DNA of 64,000 nt from Candidatus Latescibacterota bacterium (GCA_965217865.1 CBDCJO010000002.1:3104001-3168000), one strand, 5' to 3'; numbered from the stretch's first letter, positions 9,279-20,204 are shown. The notes: generated from the letters alone by a model not told the origin. Translations and numbers: made by a program.

Positions 9279-9469
9279 GATAGTGCATATAACTCTCGCT
9301 AGCAGGAGAAGGGGACGATGACATTCATTTTCTGTATATTAAGAATCTCACTTTCCCCTTCATTAACCTATTAGATCATTTCGAAATTCCCCTGGAGGAA
9401 TTTTCAAAGTGAAAATGCAAAATGGAATATGCAAATTTTGCGATGCGAAGCCCGCGATAGGGTTGGGGG

Positions 9470-9901
9470 ATGGAAGCCGAGGGGAAAAATAATAAAGGAG
9501 AAGGACGAAAGGAGGGGCCCGTGTTTATCACGCTATTAGGGGTGACGTTCCTGATCGCATTCGTCGTTTCTTATATCCTGGTCAGGATTTTCGCCGTGCC
9601 GTTAGATGCCATCCTGACCCGGATCATTTCGGACGAGATCAGCTCGGCCTGGTTACGGTATCTTAAGTTCGCGATGTATGTCGTCGGCATCTCCAAAGGG
9701 GTAAGGGTACACGAATTAGAGCGGTATATCACCCCGACGGCAAGGCGATTCGAGCAGACCGGGATTATCGAGTTGACCCGTGACCGCTGGATCCTTGAGG
9801 TCTACCGAACCGTCATCGAAACGCTTCAAGGTATCGCCTGGTTGCTGCGTACCCATGCTGCTCATAGAATCGATACGTACGCCGCCAGTCCACGTTATTA
9901 G
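9470..9901 (+). pseudogene. Membrane hypothetical protein, probably 3'-truncated (likely start GTG 9521)
   Basis: Hydrophobic helices; the sequence changes character after IAWLL. Confidence 0.55.
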
Positions 9902-10093
9902 ATCCTACCATTGAGCGGTTGATCCCTTCCGACTCTGACCTTGAGAGCCAGTTCGTCCTTTACGTTGGTAAGAGATCCTCGTCTTCGTGGTTAAATCTGA
10001 ACTCTATTTCCTTCAGGGATAAATGGAACTGATGTCGAGGGATTCCTCTGTATTGACATACCAATTTTTAGAGGCCGGTTGAGCATGTCATTG

Positions 10094-10846
10094 TTAAGTC
10101 AACAATCCAAAGATCGATTTGATGCGCAACAACCATACTGTCCAAATGGCTTCACCCATGATTCTTTTTGACATCTTTGAATCACCTGCTGTGCGATCAT
10201 AAAATATGATAGGAATTTCTTTTATCCTGAATCCCTTCTTCCATATTCGCATTGTAACTTCAATCTGAAATGCATAGCCAGATGCATGAAGACTTTCAAG
10301 ATCAATAGCCACCAAGGCCTCTCGGCGAAAGCACTTAAATCCACCTGTGGCATCTCTCACCGGCATTCCAGTTACCAACCGAGCATATACATTGGCATAG
10401 TAGGACAGTAAAAGCCTCGTTATTGGCCAGTTAATAACATTTACCCCCGTTATGTACCTTGAACCCAGCACCAAGTCGTGGTTTTCTATTTCCCTCAAAT
10501 GGTCTTCCAAATATTGGGGTCGATGAGAAAAGTCAGCATCCATCTCAAAAATGTAATTGAATTTCCTTTCAATTGCCCATTTGAACCCTGCAATATAAGC
10601 TCTTCCGATCCCTTCTTTTTTTTCCCGGTGTAATACGTAAACTTTGTCGTACAACTTGGCTAGGTTCTCAGCAATCTCGCCCGTTCCATCAGGGGAATTG
10701 TCATCCACAATTAGGATACTAATGCGCAGGTCCACTGGCAAAATTGCTTGGACTATCCGTTCAACGTTTTCTCGTTCATTATAAGTTGGGATTATTACTA
10801 AGGCCCTTTTTGTCTTCCTCTTAGACATTCTCAAACCTTTCAACAA
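10094..10846 (-). CDS. Polyprenol monophosphomannose synthase (GT2, DPM1-like)
   Basis: IIPTYNE, VDDNSPDGT, EMDADFSH, DATGGFKCFR motifs. Confidence 0.93.
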   Translation of the reverse strand: MLKGLRMSKRKTKRALVIIPTYNERENVERIVQAILPVDLRISILIVDDNSPDGTGEIAENLAKLYDKVYVLHREKKEGIGRAYIAGFKWAIERKFNYIFEMDADFSHRPQYLEDHLREIENHDLVLGSRYITGVNVINWPITRLLLSYYANVYARLVTGMPVRDATGGFKCFRREALVAIDLESLHASGYAFQIEVTMRIWKKGFRIKEIPIIFYDRTAGDSKMSKRIMGEAIWTVWLLRIKSIFGLLT

Positions 10847-11238
10847 AAAAGTGTATCCTTTTACCTTGATGATTGTGTTGAGAGAATAAAGAAGATAATA
10901 ATGGGTTTTCGTGCGCCTGTAGCAGAAGCGCTGGTTGTGGGATTCTAATGCTGCCCCAAACCTACAAAGCAGGTTTGGGGTGGTCCGAATGGCAAGAGCC
11001 TGTATCCTTGTGTTGCGGAGCTAACTTTTCGGCAGTATATGATTAGATTTTGGGGAGGCTAGTTTTGTGCGCTCGGCTTTTGGCACTTCCAAGTTACTAT
11101 ACCCCACATCTATTTTAGATTTAAAACCCGGTCCCACTTAGGCTTTGGAATAGTTGTATGTACTTTTGTGTTATTAATTCAGTCGAATATGATAGCATCC
11201 CCCGCTTTGCATTAATGGAACAATCCTTCCAGCGGGAG

Positions 11239-11543
11239 AGGGAGGGTTGCTTGATGAAATCATCGGTGGCGGCGCGGGGTTGTGAACGCGCAGCAGTTCA
11301 AGATATGCGCCTGGGCATGGAACCCCGAACTCCAGTGGGGGCTCGGCTGTCGCCCCCAATTTGCCGTCTGTCCGTGTGGGACTATGGCGTGAGACAGTGG
11401 CGACCGCCTCCGACCTTTCAAGTCCTTCTCCGGGAAACAGATCGCCAGGTTTTGAGGGCGCAGGGTGGCTCATGGCGATTGAGGGATGACAACTTGTGGA
11501 ATTTGATTCCGTTGGGAGATTTCTGGCGTGGGTCAGTGGCGAG
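11239..11543 (+). repeat. CAGTGGCG-bounded tandem non-coding units, locus 1
   Basis: CAGTGG at 11333, 11395, 11534; near-identical to 13505-13653 and 37833-38111. Confidence 0.9.
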
Positions 11544-11670
11544 CTCGAGACAGCGTTGAGGGCACAGATCCGGCCCGTGTGCGACTTTCTTTCTGAATCC
11601 GGGAAAAAGGGGGACGCGACCTCCACAAAACGGGCGGCACGGCACAGACGGCACGTGGGCGAAGTGAGAA

Positions 11671-11737
11671 GGTCCCGGTCCCGTGGATTTGCGGCCCGGG
11701 ACCTCACTCGTGATCGGGGTCGAGCATCTCGAGAGCC
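11671..11737. repeat. 67-bp sequence with an exact inverted copy at 32309-32375
   Basis: GGTCCCGGTCCCGTGG...CTCGAGAGCC reverse-complements the second copy. Confidence 0.9.
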
Positions 11738-12127
11738 CGAGCTTCGGCTTCCTCGCGAGTCATTCCACCCTCATGCTCCATGATCCCCGCGCGTTCATCG
11801 AACGCCTTGATGTCATCCTCCGTAGATGTCGCCGCAGTGTTGGGGGGATCAAAGCGTGACATCGTACCATCCATGTCACGCTTTGAAGGGAGAGATATGT
11901 GCGCGTTCGGCTTGGAAACATCGTCCGAGTCGTCCTCCAGGTAGCTATCCCATGCAGAGAAGAACGCTTCCCACAGGTAGCCCTTTCCCCTTGCCGGCCC
12001 ATCCAGACCACGCAGATATTGATATGACCCAGGGAGTCCGAGAGCAATCCGCCGATGGCGGTTCGGTCTAGGCGCGTTCGTGGCGCCTAGCCGATCCTGG
12101 CGGCGAATTTCGGAAAGCCAGGGAAGC

Positions 12128-12583
12128 TCATCCGCCTTCGAGCTTGTCGCTCTGTTCCCTCAGTGAGTCGAGCGCTTTCAAGTCACACATAGACGCAACC
12201 CGCACTGGTATGCCGAGAACAAACCCTTTTCTTGAGCGGGAGAAGGCTTTGCGGAAATTAAAGCGTTTAGCAGATGGAGCAAGGATCTCCGCGTTCCCCT
12301 CGTGGAATAAACGCATATACTTGCCCCCCTCAACCAGTTCGCGCTCTTTCTCGTCGGTCAGCTTTGCCAGATCGGCAGCATTCTCCACAGCCCGCAGAGC
12401 AGACAGCACTTTTCCTGCGTTCTCTGGCGTGGGATTAATCATCAGGTCTATATCGTTCACACGCGGCTGACGACAATAATGCGACTTGGCCATGCTTCCG
12501 ATGAGCAAGTACTGCACGCCTTGGTTGTTAAAGGCTCTCAGCAGGTCGGCACAGTTGTCGGTCCAAAGCTCCGGAAACTGCAC
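12128..12583 (-). CDS. Nucleotidyltransferase-fold protein (start uncertain)
   Basis: GVQYLLIGSMA..H..PRVNDIDL motif. Confidence 0.7.
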   Translation of the reverse strand: MQFPELWTDNCADLLRAFNNQGVQYLLIGSMAKSHYCRQPRVNDIDLMINPTPENAGKVLSALRAVENAADLAKLTDEKERELVEGGKYMRLFHEGNAEILAPSAKRFNFRKAFSRSRKGFVLGIPVRVASMCDLKALDSLREQSDKLEGG

Positions 12584-12626
12584 AGAAGGCCTATTCGACC
12601 AGCCGCAGCGGCGGGACTTGCGGCTT

Positions 12627-12685
12627 TGATATGCCCCGGGGAAAGTGGACAGTGGTTTAAGCCGCTTTCTGCAGCGATAGCCGTT
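12627..12685 (-). mobile_element. Orphan IS3-family right end
   Basis: Near-exact reverse complement of 20314-20372, which terminates an IS3 transposase fragment. Confidence 0.85.
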
Positions 12686-12839
12686 ACGGAGACTTTAAGG
12701 GATGGACCGGCAAGGGGAAAGGGCTACCGGTGGAAGGGGTTCTTCTCTGCATGGGAAAGCTACCTGGAGGGCGGCCCGGGCGATGTTCCCAGGCCGAACG
12801 CGCGCATGTCCCCCCCTTCAAGCCGTGAGACCGTGACAT

Positions 12840-13076
12840 ATGTTGAAAAACAAGGAGTTGTGCGGCGTTCCAACCCGTGACATGGATGGTACGGTGTCAC
12901 GGGTTGAAACACCCCCCAAGAGCGACTCCTGCGTAAAGAACACTTGTGACGAAGACCAAGAGGCGTTCGAGGAACACGCGGCGATCATGCAATATGATGG
13001 CGGAATGACTCGTGAGGAAGCCGAAGCTTGGGCATGCGAGGATGTTCGACCACGACCTAAAGGAGATCGAAAATGA
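12840..13076 (+). CDS. Small phage/satellite-type protein or C-terminal fragment
   Basis: FEEHAAIMQYDGGMTREEAE motif (FEERAAI-type) recurrent in mobile elements. Confidence 0.55.
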   Translation: MLKNKELCGVPTRDMDGTVSRVETPPKSDSCVKNTCDEDQEAFEEHAAIMQYDGGMTREEAEAWACEDVRPRPKGDRK

Positions 13077-13186
13077 GGCGTTCGAAGGAAGCCGAAACTC
13101 AAGCTCGTGAGGCGAAGATGCTTGATGATCTCCTGAAGGACCTCCTCATCCTGCCGGAACTCCCTGAACTCCCCCCATTCGTGTGA
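13073..13186 (+). CDS. 37-aa small protein ending PELPELPPFV
   Basis: ATGA overlap with the upstream ORF; paralogous C-terminus ending at 33898. Confidence 0.45.
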   Translation: MRRSKEAETQAREAKMLDDLLKDLLILPELPELPPFV

Positions 13187-13327
13187 CTGTCGCACTCCAC
13201 TGTTGCAACTCCACTGTCCCGCTCCACTATCCCATATACCCCCCCACGGTCGCTTTTCTGAAGGTTCCGCACATTTGCCCGGATTCCTGAATAAAGTCGC
13301 ACACGGGGAGAATCCGATGCCCTGTGG
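13156..13327 (+). repeat. ~170-bp block with three CTCCACT iteron-like repeats (second copy 33868-34033)
   Basis: CTCCACTGTTGCAA-CTCCACTGTCCCG-CTCCACT followed by CCCGGATTCCTGAATAAAGTCGCRCACGG. Confidence 0.85.
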
Positions 13328-13504
13328 GCGATTCCGGGGCAAGAGGGCCATCTCGTTTAAGGATCCCAGCCCATGAGGGGTCGCGGCTCCGCCGGCGGAA
13401 ACCACATGGGGCCTCCTTCCAAGAAAAAGTGGAGGCAAAAACGTTGCGCGGGGCTATCCGGTCGGCGGATTCGGAAACTCCGGCCCTGGACGAGGGGTCG
13501 ATTA

Positions 13505-13653
13505 CAGTGGCGACCGCCTCCGACCTTTCAAGTCCTTCTCCGGGAAACAGATCGCCAGGTTTTGAGGGCGCAAGGTGGCTCATGGCGATTGAGGGATGAC
13601 AACTTGTGGAATTTGATTCCGTTGGGAGATTTCTGGCGTGGGTCAGTGGCGAG
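13505..13653 (+). repeat. CAGTGGCG-bounded unit (139 bp), locus 2
   Basis: CAGTGGCGA direct repeats at 13505 and 13644. Confidence 0.9.
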
Positions 13654-14170
13654 ACATCAACGAGAACAACCACCCGATCCGGGCAGGCGACATCCTCGGC
13701 GCCCACAACGGCACGATCTACAACGCCAACACCCTGTTCCGGCGGTTCAAGCTTCACCGCTTCGCCGAGGTGGACAGCGAGCTGCTCTTCCGGCTTGCCG
13801 CCCGGGCCGGGCGAAACGGCCGGATCGACGTGGAGCGCTTCAAGGGCCGCCTCAAGCTCTGCTGCGGGCAGATGGCGGCGGTGATGGCATCCCGGCTCGA
13901 TCCGGAGACCATCCTCGTGCTCAAGGGGAACAAGCCGCACGAGCTTCCGCATCCACCGTCGGCACCGGGCTGTCCTCTATGCCTCCGATCCGGCGTATCT
14001 GGACGCGGTCCTGGACGAAGAACGGGGCTGGCGCGAGCTGCCCGTCCCCGCCATGAGCCTGTATGGTGTTCCGGCACCGGGATCTGATGAGATTGCTCGA
14101 TGGAGCCGTTCGAGTTCGTCGCGCAGGCGAGGCGACGGAAGAAGCCTGCCTCGGTGGAGGTAATCGATGA
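13654..14170 (+). pseudogene. Class II glutamine amidotransferase, 5'-truncated and frameshifted
   Basis: NNHPIRAG..GAHNGTIYN..VDSELLF motifs. Confidence 0.8.
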
Positions 14171-14220
14171 CTGGGAGAGCACGGTCCACACGACCGAGTG
14201 AACCCCCGAAGGAGAACACA

Positions 14221-14620
14221 TTGGAGCTGCTGACTCTCTTCGTCTACGGCACGCTCAAGAGCGGATACTGGAACCACGACCCCTTCTGCGAGGGCGCGCT
14301 GGAGATCCGGGAGGCGCGGATCCGCGGCCGGCTCTACGAGGGGCCCGGCTTCCCGGTCCTCGAAGGTCCCGGACGAGGATGTCCTCGCCCAAGGGACCGT
14401 CGACCCGTTGGCCGACATCGCTGCACAGGCGCGCCTTTCCGGTCGGGTGGAACAACCCCCCTCCCGACCAGTCCCCGAAAGCGCCACAGCGGGCGCCTGG
14501 GGCACCGTGTACGGGAAGCTGCCCACCTTCGACGACCCTGATACCCGCATTGCCCGCCATCGACCGCCCTTCCGCCCGGGCGGTTCCAGCCTCTACCCGG
14601 CGCCTGCGAGCTCGTCTAGG
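14221..14620 (+). pseudogene. Gamma-glutamylcyclotransferase (AIG2-like), frameshifted
   Basis: LFVYGTLKSG..NH motif; continues in another frame (GTVYGKL.TFDDP). Confidence 0.8.
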
Positions 14621-14878
14621 TCTATACGGCCGAGGCGACCGGCATCAAGCGACACCGGATCGTGTCCGGCTGCTGGCCAGAGTAGCGATGCGCCCAAGTG
14701 CAGTTTGCTGCCACCTCGCAGCACCAGTAATAGACTGGCTCTCCAGGTTTCACCTGAACGACCGCCTATAAGCTCGCAAACGTTGAGAATTGCAACTCTC
14801 CGTCGGCACTTCGAGCTTCCCCTCCACGTCCAGAACCCGAAAACACATTGACGAGGGACATCAAGTTTCTTAGGTTTC

Positions 14879-15115
14879 TTGACGCAGGATCGGTCGAAGA
14901 TGGAAACTGAGGAGGGCTGGGTCGGAATCGCCGAGGTCACCGCGCATCTACAGGTGACCAAGGAATCCATCTACCGTTGGGTCGACGCGAAGGAATCTCC
15001 AACTCGCCGGGTGGGACGCTTGCTGCGATTCAGGCTCTCGGAAGTGGACGAGTGGGTGAAGGCCGGAGGAAGTGATCCCGAAGGTAGCCCATCGAGCAAT
15101 TCGGCGGAGAGCTAG
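14879..15115 (+). CDS. Excisionase-like HTH DNA-binding protein
   Basis: EVTAHLQV.KESIYRW..RVGRLLRFRLSEVDEW. Confidence 0.85.
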   Translation: MTQDRSKMETEEGWVGIAEVTAHLQVTKESIYRWVDAKESPTRRVGRLLRFRLSEVDEWVKAGGSDPEGSPSSNSAES

Positions 15116-15173
15116 ACCAATTAAGAACGCATGAGAACAGGAAATGTCTGATGAGTGCTGAAACTGAGCGCGC

Positions 15174-15482
15174 TTGCAAACGTTACTCGCGAAATGGGAA
15201 CCGAAGATCGGCGTCGGTGTGCCCGAGGTTCGTATCAGAAAGATGAAAACCCGTTGGGGGACGTGCAACAGTGACGCCGGAAGAATCTGGTTGAATCTTG
15301 AACTGGTGAAGAAGCAGGCATCCTGCATTGAGTACATCGTAGTGCACGAGATGTTTCACTTGATTGAACGCCATCACAATGAGCGGTTTTGGGATCTGAT
15401 GGACCGGCACATGCCGCGGTGGCGCTTGCATAGGGACGAACTCAACCGTGCACCGCTCGCACACGAAGGCTGGAAATACTGA
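15174..15482 (+). pseudogene. YgjP/DUF45 (M48-like) metallopeptidase, C-terminal fragment
   Basis: MKTRWGTC, EYIVVHEMFH..HHNERF. Confidence 0.85.
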
Positions 15483-16506
15483 ATGCAATCGTCCACTACC
15501 AGTTGGGACCGCGAGCTAACTAACAGCGACTTCCCGGTCCCTACACAAGATTATAATACTGGGTTCACCATATCTGCAAACGGCAATAAGAGGCAATGGT
15601 GGTCTGGTAACATGCCGCCGCCAAACAGTCCCCGCCAAAACTCGATCAGATGGACCCGTTCAGTTGCCGAACAGGCGTTTGACTGTAAACGTCAGTCCAG
15701 TAACGACGAGCCGGTGAACGTACACGCCTGAACAGACCGGGTTTATATTTAGGCAAAACATACCTGAATGTCAATTGGATACTACGGTGCCGCCTGAATA
15801 CGACCGGATCGAAGACCTCCAGATCTCGGTTCTCTGAGAGCGGTCAGCCGCTGCTGCTCCCGGGGTGCGAATCTGCTCCTGCAGGTATCCGCTAGCTGAT
15901 CGGTTGCAGCCTATTCATGCGCAACCTTCTGCAGCCTGGATTGAAGGTGCTTGAGCGCTGCCCCGGACGCAACCGGGCTGTTAAACAAGGCCGACGGGAA
16001 AAACAGAGAATCAGAGAGGAGTATGGAATTGCGACCTCTGAAGAGGTGGATGTGAAGACGTTGCCGGAGCGGCTTCGGAAAGAAGTCGTTGCGGCGAAAT
16101 CTCCGATTTTATTGCCGATGAATGTAACCGCCTGGACACGGCTGACGATGGACAGCGCATGACCTATGACACGGGATGTTCCATGACGCCGACTGCTTCC
16201 GGATTCTCGGACGCATGAGGCCAGGTTTCTCCAGTTTGTTTCCATTTCCGAATCTCGAAGTATTTACAGTCAAAAGTGTCAGCATCGTATGGGAGCATGG
16301 ATGCGTTAGGGAAGCGCTCACTACCCATTTTCAAACCATGGGGGAGGCCCGGATGATCAACGAGTCATAAAGCTGTGTGCTACGCAATAAAGTCGCCGTA
16401 CAAGGCGTCTCAACGGATGGAGGCCGCCGAACGTAGGCGTCACAATGGGATTGGAAAGTCTCAACTCTCCTTGTTCCCCTGACCTTCCGGTTATCCTTCC
16501 GTATAG

Positions 16507-16560
16507 TGGATTTGACCTGGTTTGGTGGATACCTTATCTTTGCAGAAAGGAGGCTTCATG
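16507..16560 (+). mobile_element. Probable orphan IS3-family left end
   Basis: TGGATTTGACCTGGTTTGGTGGATACC followed by GGAGG and ATG with no transposase body. Confidence 0.45.
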
Positions 16561-16619
16561 GGTTGCAGCGACGGGCAGGGCCTCGAATGGATTGACAGAA
16601 GACGCATGATGGGAGAATA

Positions 16620-17075
16620 ATGAAAGGGGGCAGAGACTTTATGGATATGCTCAGGCGAATCATCGGCGCAGCGCTCATCGTCATTGCAGCTGTGGTCGCA
16701 GTCCACACGATCGTTGAGCCGCTGTATCATGCTTCCAGCGAAGCCAGTCCGCATAGCCCGATTTGGAGCATCATTGACCCGTTCATGGCGCTGGCGGTCG
16801 TGCTGGGCACGATATTCGGCTACATCCGCAAAAGAGGCGTTGACCGCGAAGGCGGCGGCGCGCCGGTTACCCGCGAGTTTTTGGCAGCCAACACGCTGTT
16901 CTACGGTTTCCTGTTCGTTGGCATCCTGTTCTTCCGGAACTGGTTCAACTTCCGGAGTCCGGCTTTTACCGCAATGGGGACGGATACGATCTCCCTGGTG
17001 TGGGGATTCATAGACGGTGCGCTGCCGCTGCTTTCGGGAGCGATGGGCCTGTCCCTGCTGAGGGGCGACAGGTAA
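16620..17075 (+). CDS. Hypothetical 4-TM membrane protein
   Basis: Four hydrophobic segments, intact ORF. Confidence 0.65.
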   Translation: MKGGRDFMDMLRRIIGAALIVIAAVVAVHTIVEPLYHASSEASPHSPIWSIIDPFMALAVVLGTIFGYIRKRGVDREGGGAPVTREFLAANTLFYGFLFVGILFFRNWFNFRSPAFTAMGTDTISLVWGFIDGALPLLSGAMGLSLLRGDR

Positions 17076-17417
17076 GCCGCCTTGCAGGTCAACGACACCT
17101 TCAGCGCGCCATCCTCGCGCGACTCGGCAGGAAGAAATAGCTAACGGTTTTGGTAAACGTCACACTTTCGAGTTCAAGCCTGCCGGAAGGCGGTAGGCCT
17201 GCCGCCGGGTAAGGCCGGTACCCTTCTTGGCGAGCGAGAAAGCCGGCGGCGCGGAGATCGCAGACAATCTCGCCCTTCTGGAACAACGGACCGCCCGAGG
17301 CGCCCTCGGCCTGAGCGCGTATGGACGGTTGTTTCCATAATGTGGTCGGACTTCCGGTGGAAAGGTTGTGTGCGATGCTCAAACAGATGGATTGCAACAT
17401 ATGGGAGATGAGGAGAG

Positions 17418-18353
17418 ATGGGGCCCTTGCACGAAGAGATGCGTGAACGTCGGGAGCGGGCAGGTTTGACGCTTCAAGCGATTCACGTGGCCACCCGAAT
17501 CAGCACCGACTTCCTGAACGCAATCGAAGAGGGCAACTTCGAGTTCCTCCCAAAGCCCTACATCAGGCTGTTCCTCCGGACCTATGCGAACAAGGTCGGT
17601 ATGGATCCCCAGTATGTACTCGACCGTTACGAGGATATCGGTCGACCGAACGAAGAGGGGAGGTTGACCACCTTATTACCGGATCGACCCCTTTCCTGGG
17701 GGGTTACCGTGGGTATGGCTGTTGGGTTTCTGCTGCTGGGATTCGCGGGGGCTTCTTTGTTCAAAAGGGCCGCGGAGGATGTCCCCCCGGCGGTTTCTCT
17801 AGGTCCAACCCAAGTCGTCCCGGACAGCGGGGTCGGTGGGACCGATCCAGAGGGTATCGGGGGGACGGGGGCCGAATTCACCCCGAAGCCGTCGACCGAG
17901 GAGGTTCCGCACGGTATCTCCTGGACCGAAAGGGATTCGTTCATGGCCCTCCACGCCGTCTGTGTCGAGCTGACCTGGTTGGATATCCTTGCGGATGACC
18001 GCCACGTATTTCGGGGTTTCATGGAGCCGGGAGATGAACGGATCTGGCAAGCTCGGGGAAGGTTTTCGGTCGTGTCGGGTCGGCCCCGGGGTGTGGTGTT
18101 TTCGTTGCAGGAGCACCCCCTCTCTTGGGTGAGACCTGGGGTCTCGGGTGTCCTCCGGATCACGGTCACACGGACCGGGGTCAAGAGGGAGAAACCTCCT
18201 CCGGCTCCCCTGAGCGACTCACTCTCCAGCCCATCGATGTTTTCGGAACCCCGGATCGGAGGGAGAGGATCCCAGGAGCCGGATCTCGCTCCAGACGACA
18301 GCGTCTCGGAAAGAGGCGTTTCGGATCCTTCCACGATTCAAGGGAACCGATAA
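17418..18353 (+). CDS. rodZ: RodZ-like HTH + TM + DUF4115 protein
   Basis: TRIS..FLNAIEEGNF..LP..YIR.FLRTYA; single TM; C-terminal WLDI.AD domain. Confidence 0.75.
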   Translation: MGPLHEEMRERRERAGLTLQAIHVATRISTDFLNAIEEGNFEFLPKPYIRLFLRTYANKVGMDPQYVLDRYEDIGRPNEEGRLTTLLPDRPLSWGVTVGMAVGFLLLGFAGASLFKRAAEDVPPAVSLGPTQVVPDSGVGGTDPEGIGGTGAEFTPKPSTEEVPHGISWTERDSFMALHAVCVELTWLDILADDRHVFRGFMEPGDERIWQARGRFSVVSGRPRGVVFSLQEHPLSWVRPGVSGVLRITVTRTGVKREKPPPAPLSDSLSSPSMFSEPRIGGRGSQEPDLAPDDSVSERGVSDPSTIQGNR

Positions 18354-18398
18354 TCTCAAGTCATACCTTAGCTTTCCTTTTTCAGTCGTCGGATGTCA

Positions 18399-18471
18399 AT
18401 GGGGTGTTCTCACGCTGAAGTCGCCCTCCCGATTCCCCGCTCCTCGATCTATGTCTACCGGATTCCAGATG
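18399..18471 (+). pseudogene. priA: Primosomal protein N' extreme N-terminus
   Basis: AEVALPIP....YVYRIP resembles the PriA 3'-DNA-binding domain start; truncated after ~24 codons. Confidence 0.55.
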
Positions 18472-18725
18472 GCCCGATCCGAAGGAGGTCGGCCCGTTGC
18501 TGCGCGTCCTGGACGGCTACCGGGGCACACTGCCGATACGGGCGGCCCTGCTGCCTGGCTCCGTTGGTCTTCGTGCGGCCCCTGGACATCCGCCCGGAGC
18601 AGATGACGGTCCATGGCTTTCGGGCCATGGCGCGAAAGCTGCTGGATGAGGTGTTGGGTTTCCGGCCCGACTTCATCGAGTACCAGTTGGCCCACGCGGT
18701 GCGCGGTCCCAACGGACGGGCGGTT
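18472..18725 (+). pseudogene. P4-like tyrosine integrase fragments (internally deleted)
   Basis: DPKEVGPLLR.LDGY, LAPLVFVRP, HGFRAMAR.LLDE, IEYQLAHAVR.PNGRA. Confidence 0.85.
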
Positions 18726-18744
18726 GCGCCTCGACTTGGCGTCG

Positions 18745-18900
18745 AGGCCTGGGCCACGAATACAATCAAAAGAACCGAGCCGTCAACTGGAAGTTCACCA
18801 CCGACGATGCACGGATCAAGCTAAGAAAGCTGTATCGGGCAGCGTGCCCGTGCCGCAGGCGGGGTCGATGATCTTGAGTCCCGCGAGTACGTTCGCGTCA
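18745..18900. pseudogene. IS630 transposase tail (+) fused to an N6-methyltransferase motif fragment (-)
   Basis: VNWKFTTDDARIKLRKLY on +; LKIIDPACGTGTL on -. Confidence 0.7.
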
Positions 18901-19076
18901 GCCAGTCAATTATCAATATATATATTTTGTGATAACGGGACAAGGGACCTTTTTGAGCCTTGCACTGAGAATTCGATCAGGCACCCTTCTTAACTAACCC
19001 GTGGTCGCACATCCGTCCGCTCCTCTCCCCGAAAGCCAAGTATCAATCTACCCCGAGCGCCCCGCGTTCGAGCCAA

Positions 19077-19703
19077 CTACCATACGACACCCAACCCGCC
19101 GACGACAAGGAGGGAGGACATGTCCACCGTGTTATGCCTATCAACAAAGTTATAGCCCCCTACAGTCTCAAATGCATACCTCTTGCTTAAAGGGAAACGA
19201 GCACCCGCTTTTATGGTAAAACCAGGTTTTGATTCTATCGTGCTCCCGGAAAAAGGAGTGGTTCCTAATGATGTGACCGAGCCTTTTATTTTAAGGAAGT
19301 TCACCGTTGGGCCAACATCAATAAACCCTCTGGCAATACTTGGTTCCGAAGTATAGAATCGTACCAGCAATGGAATACTATACCTCGTGTTTGTTAATTC
19401 TGCAACTGCCCCCAAATCTATAATTTGGCTTTTTACCTCAGTCCTTTCAAAACCAATCATGAAAGAGACTTTTGGGTTAAGCGGAATGCCCCCGTCTAAA
19501 ATAATGGCATATCCACCTATACCTTGCAGGTTCAAGGCTCCAACCTTAAGGGCAGCCGCTTTAATATATTGATATCCTCCAAGGACAAAGAAGCTTCTTT
19601 CGCTTTCTCTCCCATTTTTCCCCTCTGCTAAAACAGGCCCACAAAGGAAAAAAACCGCAATCAAAGCTCCAATCAACGCCTTTGCTTTCGTAATCTTTTC
19701 CAT
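19077..19703 (-). CDS. Outer membrane beta-barrel protein
   Basis: Signal peptide, alternating beta strands, terminal aromatic W. Confidence 0.75.
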   Translation of the reverse strand: MEKITKAKALIGALIAVFFLCGPVLAEGKNGRESERSFFVLGGYQYIKAAALKVGALNLQGIGGYAIILDGGIPLNPKVSFMIGFERTEVKSQIIDLGAVAELTNTRYSIPLLVRFYTSEPSIARGFIDVGPTVNFLKIKGSVTSLGTTPFSGSTIESKPGFTIKAGARFPLSKRYAFETVGGYNFVDRHNTVDMSSLLVVGGLGVVW

Positions 19704-19849
19704 CTTCTACCCCCCCGAATAGACGACGTAGTTCGTTGAACTACCTTTCAAGTCAGTGCAGGAGCGCCCCTTTCCCAGGTTCGAGTCGCCCGGCTTCGAG
19801 TTCGGTCGACGGGTAACGCCGCTCCATACTTCAGTCTCTTTCCGGTCGC

Positions 19850-20090
19850 ATTGGATTTTGTCGACACCTGCTGGATGCAGTGGCCCCATTTCGACTGTCC
19901 CACGTGGAAAGATTCACCTGAAGCCGTCCGGCTTCTCGACGACCGCTCTCGAACAGGCCATACCCGGGCAACTGCGCCGGCTCCTCACGGTTGTGATCCG
20001 GCAAGACCGTTTCGTCGGAGGCGCACTTGGCAGCGCCTTCGAATCCGGTCTCCCGGTCCGGATACTCCGGCGTATCGCAGCACTGGGAGT
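19850..20090 (+). pseudogene. DUF6508-like fragment
   Basis: QLRRLLT..IRQDRF..GAL..AFESG..ILRRI. Confidence 0.55.
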
Positions 20091-20204
20091 AAGCCCACCG
20101 GCAGAGGGGGCAGTGGGGTGGCGGGGTGATACGGAGCGTCAGGAATGAAAGCGGTAATAGCGTCGCAGGGGGCCTCCGACCCCGAAATTCAAGCCAGAGT
20201 CGAC

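Noticed and set aside
11239-11543. CAGTGG units as a CRISPR array
   Set aside because: The shared core is only 6-10 bp, interiors are repeated rather than unique, spacing is irregular, and no cas genes are present
19770-19810. GGTTCGAGTC as a tRNA T-arm
   Set aside because: No cloverleaf or acceptor stem around it
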